Shown: positions 1 through 12,564 of the stretch, piece after piece | How the letters are laid out: each line of letters opens with the position of its first letter | How positions within the stretch are numbered: the first letter of the stretch is position 1 | Source: Vicugna vicugna | Taxonomy: Eukaryota | Direction of reading: 5' to 3' | NCBI GenBank assembly: GCA_013265495.1 | Contig: MU058591.1 | Location: 248,001-286,981 of the forward strand | DNA length: 38,981 bases | Notes under the pieces: generated by a model | The model's input: only the letters and a program-made list of their open reading frames with translations | Told to the model about the DNA's origin: nothing | Databases searched by the model: none | Program-made: the position numbers and the translations under genes

Positions 1-489
1 TGAACCCCTGCAGGACATTTTATAACTCAAAAACGGACAAACAAAATACCCCAGAACAAACTCTAGCCTGCACGTCTGAAAGTCTTACTAGCAAACGGGT
101 TTTGACTTTTAGTAAACATCACGATTACTTCACAGTGGCTTGAGAGGTCCCAACAAAAAGCCTCTGATTTCTCTCAAACGAATCTAAAACTAGTCCTCTC
201 CATAAATGCAAAAGAGAAAAATTAAAAATACAAGTAACTCCACTCAGAGAAAGCAACAGCCAAGAATGGTGTGGCTGAAATCAAGATTCAAAAAAAACAA
301 ACCCCAAAAACCAAAAATGTAAATATTGTACTAAAAGGTTTTCTTCTCTCACCTATCTATAACTCAACAACTTTTCTAAGTTTGCTAATTCGGCCTTTAT
401 CATTAAGTATAATCCAGTATACTTATCTAAGTTATTCACACGGACATGATGAAGAAAATGGCTAAGGGAGAAACAAGAGAGGGTCCTAC

Positions 490-610
490 CTCCCACCAGT
501 CTTAAAGATTAGATCTGCATTAGGCGCTCCCTTCGGATGCTGGTAACGCGGCCGCCGCTCCCGATTGGTGTTTGCTGGAGCCGGGCGCTGGGCAAGAGAC
601 TGCAGCATTT
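490..610 (-). CDS. UPF2: UPF2 penultimate exon ~21 (121 nt, E-MLQSLAQRPAPANTNRERRPRYQHPKGAPNADLIFKTGG-R)
   Basis: Acceptor taattccag|AA, donor GGGAG|gtagga; phase 1/2; inside ORF 486..668. Confidence 0.95.
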
Positions 611-894
611 CTGGAATTAGGAGCCAAACAGAACAGGTGGTTACGCTTGGTAAATGCACTCCTCTCAAGAAGCCAGAGCCCAGGACAGTCTCTCAGGGAG
701 CCGGCTGAGGAACAGCAACCATTGCACAGATTGAAATGATGAACAAGTACCAAAGAGCAATCTAGAGATGAGATACGCTCTTGACTGCCACGTAACACTC
801 AAAGCCCCCCTTACAGCCAGTGCGGCCACCACCCAAGTGTCTTGTGAGGCAGTCAACAGTGTAAGAAGCAGGCAGGACGGCAGCCAGACAGTAC

Positions 895-1075
895 TGACTC
901 GAGTCCCAGCTCTGCCACCTACTAGCCATGGGACTTTCGGTTCAGTGTCTCTAAGTGTAAGATGCAAATAATAATGGGCACTGATCTCACAGAATTGTGA
1001 GGATTAAATGCTTTGAAAGCTACTCAAGTGTCTGACCCACAGTAAGCACTTACACTGACTGTTAACTACCATTAT
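895..1075 (+). mobile_element. MIR SINE remnant
   Basis: tcccagctctgccacctactagc...tcacagaattgtgaggattaaatg...cacagtaagcact resembles the MIR consensus. Confidence 0.7.
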
Positions 1076-1693
1076 TTGTTATTAAGAATGTTGAGTGTCA
1101 GCTGGAAGAGAGTATTCTAGAAGTGGGACTTAAAGATAGAAAACCAATTATTTATTTACACAGCAATCTCTTCCAGTTTTTGAGTACAGCCCTATATGAA
1201 GGGCTGGGCTGGCTCAGGAGGTGTCCATGACCTCTGTATTTAAAGTTCCAGTTAAGCCAAGTGTGCTGGGTATGTCTGCATAAAACTGGAATCCTAACTT
1301 GAATATACCCTCAAATTTGAAGGAACAGAGGGCCTTCAAGACCAGAATTATCAAACAGACAAAACGAGATGGTATTTGTTGAGTTAATTTGTTCACAGTT
1401 GACTGGCAACACGAGGCAACTAAAAATTGGTCTTTGTGTCACCTGCAAACATGGCTCTAACAGGATGGAATCTAACTGAACTATGGAGTTAGCAAAATGT
1501 GATGAGAATTCCACTAGTGTTCTTTTACAAGTAAGTGAGAAAAGAGTGGGATGTAAAAAACAATCAGCCTCTCAGGCTAAATATACACAAACACGCCGTG
1601 AAAAGGTGGAGAACAACACCTTTGACATCCTATGTTCTAAAAGCCCAAGGGGCATCGCGATTTCCCCCTTCCGTCCTGGAAACGAGCTGATAC

Positions 1694-1835
1694 CTTGATA
1701 ATCTTCTTGTTCTTGCCGTTCATTGATATCTAGCGTGAGCTTTTTCATTCTCATCCTCTCTTCTTGCTCTGCCTGTTGCTGGTTCCAGTGATTTGCAGCA
1801 AGTTGGGAAGACATGGGTACATTAAGGATCTTAAA
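1694..1835 (-). CDS. UPF2: UPF2 exon ~20 (142 nt, FKILNVPMSSQLAANHW...EQEDYQ-E)
   Basis: Acceptor tttttctcag|TTT, donor CAAG|gtatca; phase 0/1; inside ORF 1572..1862. Confidence 0.96.
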
Positions 1836-2364
1836 CTGAGAAAAAAATGACAAAGAAGTCACAAATGGCTTGAGAAAATCAAGAGGGAAAAAAAATAAGT
1901 AGATTTAAACAAGTTTAGGAAAATCATAATCTTTCCGTTCCTAATAAGTCAATAAAGACGGTCTAAGGACATAAACATGACAGTGTTACTCTACAAGAGA
2001 CAAACCTATTAGGGCTGGATGGGAAGTGGAAGGCCAAGTTCAACCTCCACGGAAAGCAGACGCTCCTCTTTCCTCCCCTGTCCGGTAGCACGCATCTAAG
2101 CAACAGGGGATCATTTTCCATTGTGTAGACCCTATTATATATGGGTAATTGTCAGAAAGGCTTTTATACAGCAAGCTGTAATCTGCACCCTTTCGTTTCT
2201 ACCCTCTGGAACCAGTTCTGCCCTTCTGAACCATACAGAACAAATCTAGTCCACCTTCAGGATTAACAGACCTTCATTTTACTGAAGACAGCCGTGACGC
2301 TGGGAAAGAGAAAGAGCCCCCTGAGTGAATACACCACAGTCTGTTCACCCGATCATTTGTTGGT

Positions 2365-2700
2365 AGCATTCAGGGTGCGTCTAGTTTTGGGGTCATTACA
2401 AATACAGTCATAAATCACGTACAATTGTCTGTGTGGACGTGTGTTTTCATTTTGCTTAAATGAAAAATGCTAGGCACGGAAAAGGTGGGACTATCTGATG
2501 TGTTTTATTGGTTAAGAAACTGCTCAACTGTTTTCCAGGAGTTTGCATTCCACTAGCAGTATATGAGAATTCCAGTTCCTTCACACCCTTGCCAACACTT
2601 GATATTGATATGGTCAGTCTTCTCAATTTTAGGCATTCCAGTGAGTATATAGTTAATATTTCCATTTTGGTTTTAATTTTCATTTTCCTAATGACTAAAA
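2365..2700 (-). mobile_element. Old L1 (L1M-type) fragment, antisense
   Basis: tttgcattcccactagcagtatatgagaattccagtt...cccttgccaacacttgatatt...ttttaattttcattttcctaatgactaa is typical of the reverse strand of the L1 ORF2 3' region. Confidence 0.75.
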
Positions 2701-3334
2701 TGACCTGTCTTAAAACTCAATCTAGAACTATGCTTAAAGTTGACATCAAGTTTCCTGGAATATAGTTTTCAGAATGTATTTTTTCCCTGGTCTTGAAAAA
2801 CAAAAGATTTGACCACTATGAATCTTTTGACTGCTGTCCTATTCTGTAGGACTTTTCTGGGTTTAATGACAATTGATCTGCAATTACACACAGGTCCTTT
2901 CAGTCCTTGAGGATGTAATCTGCTTATGCCTGAAGACTGCGGCTTGTTTAAAGCAGATGAATCTCTTTTAATACTATCTAATTTTACCCAGTCGTTAATT
3001 TATCCCTTCAGACTAAACTCTTTCTTCTTGATAAAAAGGAAAGTAAATAGTTGCTTTTTCCATATACTCTCTCCACAAACGGTGCCCCTTCCTGTTCTTA
3101 AGTCTCTGAACACAGCCTTTTAACAAAGCACTTTCTCATCCTCCTGAACCACATCTCCTTTAAAAACTGCTGGCTGTGGGCTATTTGTTTCTAAATTCTA
3201 AGATACGTGGTCTGATGATGGTCAATTTTTTCTTGTTTCACATGAACTCTATGCTCTTTTTTTTCCTGCCCCTTCCCCAAGTTTCCTTTCCACAATCAGT
3301 TCTTTCGTAAAATATATACTTGCTAGGCAGTGCT

Positions 3335-3570
3335 GCAAAGATGTTAAGAACATGGGTTTTTGTAGTCAGACACTCAAAGTTTATTTCTTAGCCCTATCAT
3401 TTACTGGTATGACCAGCAAATCACTTAAGAACACTATTTTTCTCATCTGTAAAACGAGGGTATCAATACTAACTTTGGGGCTGTTGTGAGAATTAAACAA
3501 GATAAAATATGTAAAGCGCACAGGTCAGTGCCTAGCAGGTATTAGGTATTTCATAAATATTACCTATTAG
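3335..3570 (+). mobile_element. MIR SINE, near full length
   Basis: gttaagaacatgggt...ttttctcatctgtaaaacgaggg...gttgtgagaattaaa...atgtaaagcgc...cagtgcctagca: MIR core and tail. Confidence 0.8.
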
Positions 3571-6500
3571 TAATGCATGTAAATAATTTATTGACATCCA
3601 GACTCACAGTCTCCCTCATTACTTCCTACACGTTGTGAAAATAAAACTATTTTATTTAGCAAAATAGAATCAAAAAGACAGTTTTTGAAAAATCACCTTC
3701 TTTGCAAGAATGAGATTAACAACCAACAGACAGAAACTGACATCCTTAACTACTCTGTACACCTGTCCCCAGGCCTCTGTAGTAAGTAATTTGTATCAGG
3801 AATGAGGCTTGCCCCAACTGTTTCTATTTCTACTAACAAACACAAGTGAAACAAAGTTAAATACAATGGTCATCACTTCCTGCAATAAACATTTTCATTT
3901 GCTTTTCAAAATTCAGGAACACACACACAAAAATAACTAAATGGAAAAGTTCAGCTCAGACACATGGATCTAATACACGCAACAAAAACTTCACCATAAA
4001 GTCACTCTTCCCAAGCAGCAGTCACTGCGAAATGTCACGGTAACTCGTACCGCAATCCCTCACTTCCAGGGCCGGCCACGCAGCAAGCGCTCTGCTGCGC
4101 CTGTGCCTCCAAACGCAGCTGCTACCAAACTAGCAGCAGAGAAGAGCTCCATTCAACAGGCCCTGGGAACAGAGCTGGGTCAAATCATATGCCACCAGAG
4201 ACAGAGATGAAAGTTCCAGAGAGAAAGACCACAGCTATGAGAACAATTTCCAGAATGAGGACTTGAAGCAACTTTCTAATCTTTCCCTAGAGGAGTAACT
4301 GTGGAGTCTAGCAGGTATATCCAAGCTGCAGATACTCGAAGTAACATTTAACCTGTCAGTTTAAATCAACAAAGACATGGCTATATAAATTAATACATTA
4401 ATTTTAAAGATATGATTACATATGAAAGAACAATGTCTGAAGTACAGTAAGAACTCAGTAAATTTTAGCTGTTATTATTAATATCACAATTGCTTTATTA
4501 TTTTATTACAGGTAGGTGTTCTGGGCAATACTGAAATATTCAGTCTCAATAGAAATCCCTAAGGCTTTGAGAGGGCAGCTAAAGTCATCCTCTGTTCCTA
4601 GTATCAAATAAGATGACTATCTGTGATGCTAAGGGTAAAAAAAAGAGCTGGAAGCCTGACTTTCTTAATGTGAATCACAGGCCCCAACGTTATAAAGCTC
4701 TTAATCAGCTGGCTGGTTTTCCTCTCATTGGTTTTACTGACTGGTTTCAAATAGCTGTAAATATATGCAAATACAGAGGCAGTGACATACTACTGTTTTA
4801 CAAAATACTCAAGCAAAGCAGCCGGGTAAGAAGTGTAGGTAGATACTTTACTCATCACCAGGAAGTCACAAGCTGCAAGTTTAAGATGCTCTGTCTGTCA
4901 CCACATTAACACACTCAGCAATAAGACAGGATGGCCGCTTCCTCCCCTTACTCTGATCATGACGCCTGAAACGTCCTTCATATTTAGTACTGACAAGCCT
5001 AATGGCAATGGTACTGATCATACTAATGAAACAGGATTAAAAATTATAAAGCGAATTTCATGATGATCTGATTAAAATGTGGAAAACGTAGGTTTTTATT
5101 CATTCGTTTACAAGACTAATAATTTTTTTTAGAAAGTTCTAGATCTTCTGCAGGGAAATGATTATAAAGAAAACAAAGAAACAAAAACACATCTTATGCT
5201 CTGAGACAAGTTTTACAAAAGGAAAAGTTCTCAAGTATTATACACTTAAAAACAATAGAAAAGAGACAGTAATAAATAAATACAGAGAGCAAAAGGGATG
5301 AATTCTTGATGAATTTCTTCACCAGGTGCCTTAATCGTAAAGCTGCTAAGATCCTTCAAAAAAGAGAGGCACTGTCTTACAGCAAATTAAATGACAAAAA
5401 GATTGAAGTCACTCATGCTAGATTTCCTAGAACACAATAATGGCAATAAAGGTGATTTCAGTTGTATTTTAAAGCTACTTTGTAACAAACTGAAACTGAT
5501 AAAAATATGTATGTATATACATACATATAATCCCAAGTTACTATGATAGGTAAGTATCAACTACTGCAGTCACAAGATATGTGAAACAAACCACTTCGAA
5601 AGTATTAATTCCAAAAAATGAGTTGTTAACTAGTATTAAATTGTAACAAATATATTGTGCATTAGCTTAAAACAATCAAAAAGCTCTTTAAAACATTACC
5701 TAATAGTTCCACTACATTAAAACCTTTGCTCTAATAATCAAAACATTTTATTTCATTATTCAAATTCATTTAAATCTAGATTTAAATGATACTTAAATTT
5801 AGAAAAATTATCAACAGTATTATCCTTTCTTTTCAAATACTCACTTCATTGGCGTAAATTTTTATTTTCCTACTTAGTACAGAAGGTTATTTCTGGGCAC
5901 AAATACGGTGCACAAAGAGATCTTTCACTTAAGAACTAAAAATTCCTATAAAGCTACACACTTCACATTTCTAGAAAAACCGTTGTACCAGAAGGGACAA
6001 CACCCAAAAGTCAAATAATGAAATAAAAATCAGAACAAAATATACTTTCTTTTTCAGACCACAAAATACCAGTGATTTTTCTTCAAATAATGTTCTTAAA
6101 ACTGAACATTTCCCAAAATTCCAAGTAATGTTTATGAGTTGAACATGTACTTAATAACCAAGTACAGTTTCAGGTGCTCTGAAGAGAACAGTTTTACAAA
6201 GATCTCACCCCAACACCAAGTTTAGGATCTTGACTTAAAAAACAAAAACAAAACCCAAAACCTAATTTTTCTAGGGACCGGGAGGAGAGGGGAAATGCCA
6301 GGGCTCAACTCTGGCCTGAGAGTGAGAGAGGGTGGAACTGTCTTGTCCTAAAAACTTGATAACCCTGGAGTCTGGGATGAAGGAAAGGCACATTGACTGA
6401 AAAGGAACTAAGAAGACAGTGTCTGAAAAGGACAGCAGTACTCTGGATCTAAGTCAGAGTTAACTATGTCAACATGAGTCAGAATGTAGAGCCTTCTCCC

Positions 6501-6699
6501 CAGCCCTCCACTCCATGATTCTAACTGGTATACAGTTTTCATAGCTGAAGATTTACTCGCACTATAGCAAAATAATGGCATACTGGACAACTCTGATTCT
6601 TCGAGTAGAAAGAAATAACCTGGCAAAGCAGAGGTAAAAAATTAAGGTAGGCATCATCTCTTTGAGGTTGTACTGGCAGGGAGGGAACACACTATCCCT

Positions 6700-6980
6700 C
6701 CCCTCACAGAGGACTCCTGAGGCCAGGCCTCCCCTGACCACTCACCCACAACAGCCTCCCCACCCCAGTCTCCTTATTCCCTCCCGTCTCACTTGACTGT
6801 CCTTCACAGCATTGTCCCCAATCTGACATTATGTATTTCCCTACGTCTGCCTCCTGATACTAGAATTAGCTCCCAAGAGAGGAGAGGTGCGGCTGACTGC
6901 TGTATGTTCTGCTGGTGGAACCGTGCCTGGTATATAGCAAGTGAACAATAAAAGCACCTGTCAAATGACTACTTGGATGA
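6700..6980 (+). mobile_element. L2 3'-end remnant
   Basis: ctagaattagctcccaagag...ccgtgcctggtatatagcaagtgaacaataaaa...tgtcaaatgac resembles the L2 terminus. Confidence 0.55.
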
Positions 6981-7269
6981 CTGTGGGAGCCAGGTATTGA
7001 GCTTGTCCACAAGCTGTGATAGCCACCCTAGTTCACAGACTAAACATTCTCTTCATTATAAGATGCACCATTATTTTATATACCACTAACAGGAAAAAAA
7101 AGGCTTGTCAATTATACCAAGATACCATCAACTCTAAGAGGCAGCTTAATTTCAGAAATATTAAAGTGTGAGCATCTTTTTTACAGAACTGATAATATAT
7201 GATGTATCCTGGAGCTGTGTCTGAGAGCCAGGCTCTGTTGTGTTCAGAGCACTTCTCACTATCTGCACG

Positions 7270-7412
7270 TACATTGTGTTCATCTTTCTCCCTGAGCTGG
7301 GGGTTGGCTCACGAGGGCAGGGGCTTTGTCTTGTTCATCACTGTAGCCTCACACCTAGGATGGTATTTGACACATAGCAGACACTCAATATTTGATGAGT
7401 GAATGTATGAAT
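7270..7412 (+). mobile_element. L2 3'-end remnant
   Basis: gagggcaggggctttgtcttgttcatcactgta...cacatagcagacactcaatatttgatgagtgaatg. Confidence 0.7.
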
Positions 7413-7570
7413 CAGAGTGATAGCTTAGTAACTGGGAAAATGATTTTGAGGGCCACCTATAAGGAAGGGAAAGAAGAAAGAGGTGGTTTAAGAAGAATGG
7501 AGAAGGATCAGGGGTCAGGAAACAATGATTTTTTTCAAGAGAAATTTTGGCAAGTGAGCATTTCCTTGAG

Positions 7571-7999
7571 ATTATCTGCGATCGCCCTCCTTTCCTTTCC
7601 CACCCTGAGCTTATGAAACCTTCCAACTGAAAGTCAAGGTATTTATTTATACATCCTAACAAAGGCAGATGAATTTAAATTTTAAATGTCCTTTCCATTA
7701 AAAAATATCCATTCGATAGAAGTCAAGATGTGTCTTCTATACTCCTAACAGGTAAAATTATTTCTACCACTGAATGCTTTAAAATTATTATCTGCGATCA
7801 CCCTCCTTTCCTTTCCCACCCTGAGCTTATGAAAGCTTCCACCTGAAAGTCAAGGTATTTATTTATACATCCTAACAAAGGCAGATGAATTTAAATTTTA
7901 AATGTCCTTTCCATTAAAAAATATCCATTCGATAGAAGTCAAGATGTGTCTTCTATACTCCTAACAGGTAAAATTATTTCTACCACTGAATGCTTTAAA
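7571..7999. repeat. Tandem duplication, 2 x 213 bp (7571-7783, 7787-7999)
   Basis: Direct comparison: period 216, three mismatches seen, all in the first ~55 bp. Confidence 0.95.
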
Positions 8000-8107
8000 T
8001 GCTTCCAAGTCTTTCCTTCTTATAAGCAAAAGGTAACTCAGAACGTACAAAACAAAGTTCCTACTTACACCTGAAACTAACAGTCCATTAAGCGGACAGA
8101 TTCTTAC

Positions 8108-8275
8108 CTGCTGCTTGTTGCCTTTTCTGGTTAACATGACAAACGGCATTGTGTCTGCAGACTCTGTCTCTCCCTCCCCACCACTGAGTGGGGGCCCTTT
8201 CCTCAGCTGGCTTTTGAGATGCAGGGGAATGGCAACATCGAGTTGGTGCACTTTAACAGATTCACCACTTCGTTG
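8108..8275 (-). CDS. UPF2: UPF2 exon ~19 (168 nt, QRSGESVKVHQLDVAIP...MPFVMLTRKGNKQQ), UPF1-binding region
   Basis: Acceptor tgtctttaag|CAA, donor CAG|gtaaga; inside ORF 7961..8344. Confidence 0.96.
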
Positions 8276-9483
8276 CTTAAAGACAGAAATGAAAAAGAAT
8301 GTAAATATTCCAAGTACCTGTGGATACGTGTAAACTGCAAACAATCCATTCAGTGTTGTATTTTAGAACAATCATCAGAGCCAGAGTAATCTTTCTGAAA
8401 GCGCAGGTGTCCCCACCTCCCGATCCTTACACGTGCCTCGGAAGGACAATGGGATGTGGCTCCTGTTTGGATGTCGCTCCAGCCTCTCCCAAGTGCGCAC
8501 ACACAGTGCTGTGGGCTCTATGACATTCCCGCTCCTCGAACGCACTGTGCCCTTTCATTCACACTCACAGCACACATCTTCCTTCATGATTATCTAGGGC
8601 CACGACTGCCTGCTCGTCTGTCGGAAGCCCCCACCCGACTGCTGGGATGACGACTGTATACACTCTCCCTGATGTTCTCAGTCGGCAGTGCTTCACACGC
8701 AGCAGGTGCTCAGTTCATATTTAACAGTGAATGGAATCTATTGATGTTCAGATGAACTTCCTGCTTGCTGATACCAATTATTTTTAACATTCACACTGGA
8801 TCTATCAACCAATTATTTGAACAAACCTTCACCAATGACTTACTGTGTGTTAGGCTTGGAGATAACAGTATTAAAAGATAGTTTCTACCCTCAAAGAGTC
8901 ATAAACTTGTTCAGTACGGGAGAGAAATAATAATTACGAGCCATCTGAGGTATGTATAATGTGTGCTGGGGATGGAGGGACTACATGGGCCTGTTTGAGG
9001 GTGGGTGGGTGCTGAGATTTCACAAAAGGCTGAATGAAGATGGGACACTTGAGAACATTAAAGACTTCAGCTGACTTCTTCCAAGCAGACGGTGAAAGAG
9101 CAGTCTGGGGATATGGAGGGGATTTAGGCGGGGGAAAAACACGTGCAAAAGCAAGGACGCAGTCAGGGAACCTCAAATAATGCTCCAGTCTGATGAATGA
9201 AGTACAAATGAGACAAGAGCTGAACATGACTCTCCAAAGCCAAGCAGGTAATGCTGAAAGGCCATGCAGGTGTTAAAACTGCTTTACTACTATTTAAACA
9301 GTCTTTTGATATAGGTTCCATATTTGCGAGTCTTGCAAATCAGGCAAAATGGTAATAAAAGTGTAAGGTTTTATTGTTTTTGATTTCTCAGTTCCAACTT
9401 GCTAGAATTTACCTGAAGTTCTCCCGGGTTCATAAGATTTACTAAGACATTTTGCTTAAAATTTGAAAGAATCATGTTAAACA

Positions 9484-9543
9484 AATCTTGATTTGTAAAT
9501 TATCTTTCTGATTAATCTTGATTTGTAAACTATCTTTCTGATT
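9484..9543. repeat. Tandem duplication, 2 x 30 bp
   Basis: aatcttgatttgtaaa(t/c)tatctttctgatt twice; one mismatch. Confidence 0.95.
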
Positions 9544-10133
9544 ACAAATTAACATATTATTTTCAAAAATGATTTTAATACAAAAATATACTATTAAGTG
9601 TGTCCATATCAATCCCTCCAGCTGCCTCCCTCTGCCGACTCCAAGATGCAACAACTATTAACAGTGGGTCACCTCCTTTCAGACTGTCTTGCATATATTC
9701 ACATATAAACATATTCAATATACACATACAAATACGAGCAGCCACGATGCACACTGTTCTATACTAAACATACAAGCTTTTCTTCTTTTTGTGTATCTTG
9801 GGAATCTAGTTCACAATATACAGAGCTAATTACAACGGATACAAATTAACATTATTTTCAAAAATGATTTTAATACAAAAATATACTATTAAGTGTGTCC
9901 ATATCAATCCCTCCAGCTGCCTCCCTCTGCCGACTCCAAGATGCAACAACTATTAACAGTGGGTCACCTCCTTTCAGACTGTCTTGCATATATTCACATA
10001 TAAACATATTCAATATACACATACAAATACGAGCAGCCACGATGCACACTGTTCTATACTAAACATACAAGCTTTTCTTCTTTTTGTGTATCTTGGGAAT
10101 CTAGTTCACAATATACAGAGCTAATTACAACGG
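9543..10133. repeat. Tandem duplication, 2 x ~295 bp (9543-9838, 9840-10133)
   Basis: The copies appear identical apart from a 2-bp indel near the start (aacatattatttt vs aacattatttt). Confidence 0.95.
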
Positions 10134-12053
10134 TGTGTCCTTATTTATTGAATTGCTCCTCTATCCACAGACAGCTTTTTTCTACTACAAGGTAACAGCT
10201 CTGTGATACATTTAACTCCATGCACTTGACAGAGTATTATTAAGGGTGCGTTTTTAATCAAATGGCACGCCCATCTGACAGGCTTCCTACATTTCTCTCT
10301 AAAAAAGGCTGCACTGGTTTACTTTTACGAAACCTGGATGTTTACCCACACGTAACCACAAAGGGTACTGCCATTTTTTAAACCTGAAGATCTGATGATT
10401 TGATAAAGGCCCAGCTGCTTGCTTCTCAGTACATGTTAGCAGGCTGTGATCGCTCTGTCCAACAGCAACAAACTGAGTCATTCATCTTTCTCCTTAGTGG
10501 GTAAGATCTCTGTGGTACAGTACAGGTATTTAACTCTGTGCTGTGTAGGCTGCAGGTACTTTTTTCCTGGCTTGTTATTTCTATAAGGTTTTTATGGCGT
10601 TCTGTGCTGGAAAGCAATGTAACAAATGGTTGATAAGAGACTGCACCCCTCGCTAGCCTTCCACCTTGGGCAAGTTTTTTGTCTTTCCAAGCCTGCTTCT
10701 TTAACTGCAACATGGGAATACCAACGGCATGAGACGGCACTGTGTGAAGAGAAATGGTAAAGGCTTAATGCCGGGCTCAGCGGTCTTCACAGTTCCTAAG
10801 ATTCTCTGATAGATTTGCAATTTATTCTGGTGTGGAAATAAAACAGAAATCCAGTTTTATTTTCATTGGCCATTTGTTGAATAATGCAGTTTCCCTCAAC
10901 TGATTTGAAGTGTTAACTTCATCATGATGAAACTGCCATGTTCTAGGTCTATTTTGGACTCTCCTCTGACAGGAAACAGTTCTTTAAGAAGTAAACGGTT
11001 TATTACCTCTTCAAAGGGATTACAATGATCATGTTTTATTTGATGACTTGTGCTCCTGAATGATCAGATTTATTTCATAAATTAAGAGCTTTCTAGATGT
11101 ATGAAGAAATTTTCACGTATGGAGGAAGATGCAAATTGGCCTAATACATCTGTAATGCTAATCTGTACATTATCACAGCTTTTGGCCTTGGTAGCATCAA
11201 TGACAGTAAAATCCAGTATTTCTTCTCCGAAGAATTACTCCACTGGCATATACACCATAATACCTAGGTTCTACCTTAAAAACAACCCTCCAGTCTTCAC
11301 TATGACTTCTCTAGCTGCACCCCATTTCTCTTCCCTTTCTAGTAAAACTTCTCAAGAGTCAGCTCAACCTGTGTCTGGTGTTTTCACTTCCCCCCTGTCC
11401 GCAGTTCACCACTGAGCCCCTCCGTGGGGCTTTTGCCCACCGTTCCAGCAAAGGCACTCTTCTCCAGTCACCACAGGGCGTAACAGCAGCTATGTACGGG
11501 GCAGAAGTACGCAGCCACGGAATTTTAGTTTTAACTATAATAAAATGTGATTACTGAATCACTGGGAAGATGGGGCTTTTTATAAAATCTAGTATCTTAG
11601 TATCAGGAACCATTAAGCAACATTTTTTAAACATCACATAACCAATCATCCTCGAGAATTTATGTACAAGTTATTCAAATTATAAACCAAGCTTAAAAAT
11701 TTACCAAATTAAGTTTCCCCAAATATTTATCTTCTGTAGTTTGACTTGTAAACAAACTGCAAGTAAGGGGTCTTAGAAACAGGATATGACCTGAGAAAGA
11801 AAAGGTGGAGGCTGATACATTGAAATTACTCTGTTTCAAGTCTTAAACTTACTACATTTTTCCCTCACTCTAGTTTAAAGAAACATGCACATCAAGGTGT
11901 GGGACGCAAGAAGCACTGGCAACTGCAAAGTGTCTGCATCAGGAAAAAGCTGCCACAGAGGCAAATACTTAGATAGTAGAGACCCTCCAACCAGAATCAA
12001 ATGTGCGGCAATATTTTGTACTGAGTACTTTGGAACAGAGCAACATTTAATAC

Positions 12054-12152
12054 CTGAAGATTTTCTAGCATCATTTTATCCAGAGCTTGAATGAAGTCCT
12101 CATCTTCTACGCAAGGTACATGTTTAAGTCCACCTCCTTTAATCATTACCTC
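12054..12152 (-). CDS. UPF2: UPF2 exon ~18 (99 nt, EVMIKGGGLKHVPCVEDEDFIQALDKMMLENLQ), UPF1-binding helix
   Basis: Acceptor gttttaataag|GAG, donor CAG|gtatta; inside ORF 11997..12323. Confidence 0.95.
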
Positions 12153-12459
12153 CTTATTAAAACAAAACAGAAACAAATTCAGACCAGAAATTCTAACTTT
12201 AATAGTGTTCTGTACGGCAGAGCCTTCTGTATTGATAACTTGTTCAACATAACTCAAGCAATGAATGAACAAAATATAGAACGTTATTAAATATTCAAAG
12301 AACTTGTTAATAAAGAAAAGCACTTAGAAAAACATATTGAAAATGAATCTCCAAAGAAATATTATTTCAATAATCACAAAAACCAAAGCTTCTGTGACTA
12401 AAATCGAAATACTATGAAAACGAAGCAGTTTCAAAAACTGAATTTTCAGCCATACGTAC

Positions 12460-12564
12460 AGTATTTTCTTCATCAATTTCATTCTCCTTGTTTGAATCCG
12501 TGAGGTAATCTGTGTTCTCTTCCTCTTCTTCCTCTCCTTCATCACCGTCATTATCAGAACCCTC
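12460..12564 (-). CDS. UPF2: UPF2 exon ~17 (105 nt, EGSDNDGDEGEEEEEENTDYLTDSNKENEIDEENT), acidic linker
   Basis: Acceptor agtttcag|GAG, donor ACT|gtacgt; phase 0/0; read by hand (ORF 12324..12581 is a different frame). Confidence 0.92.
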
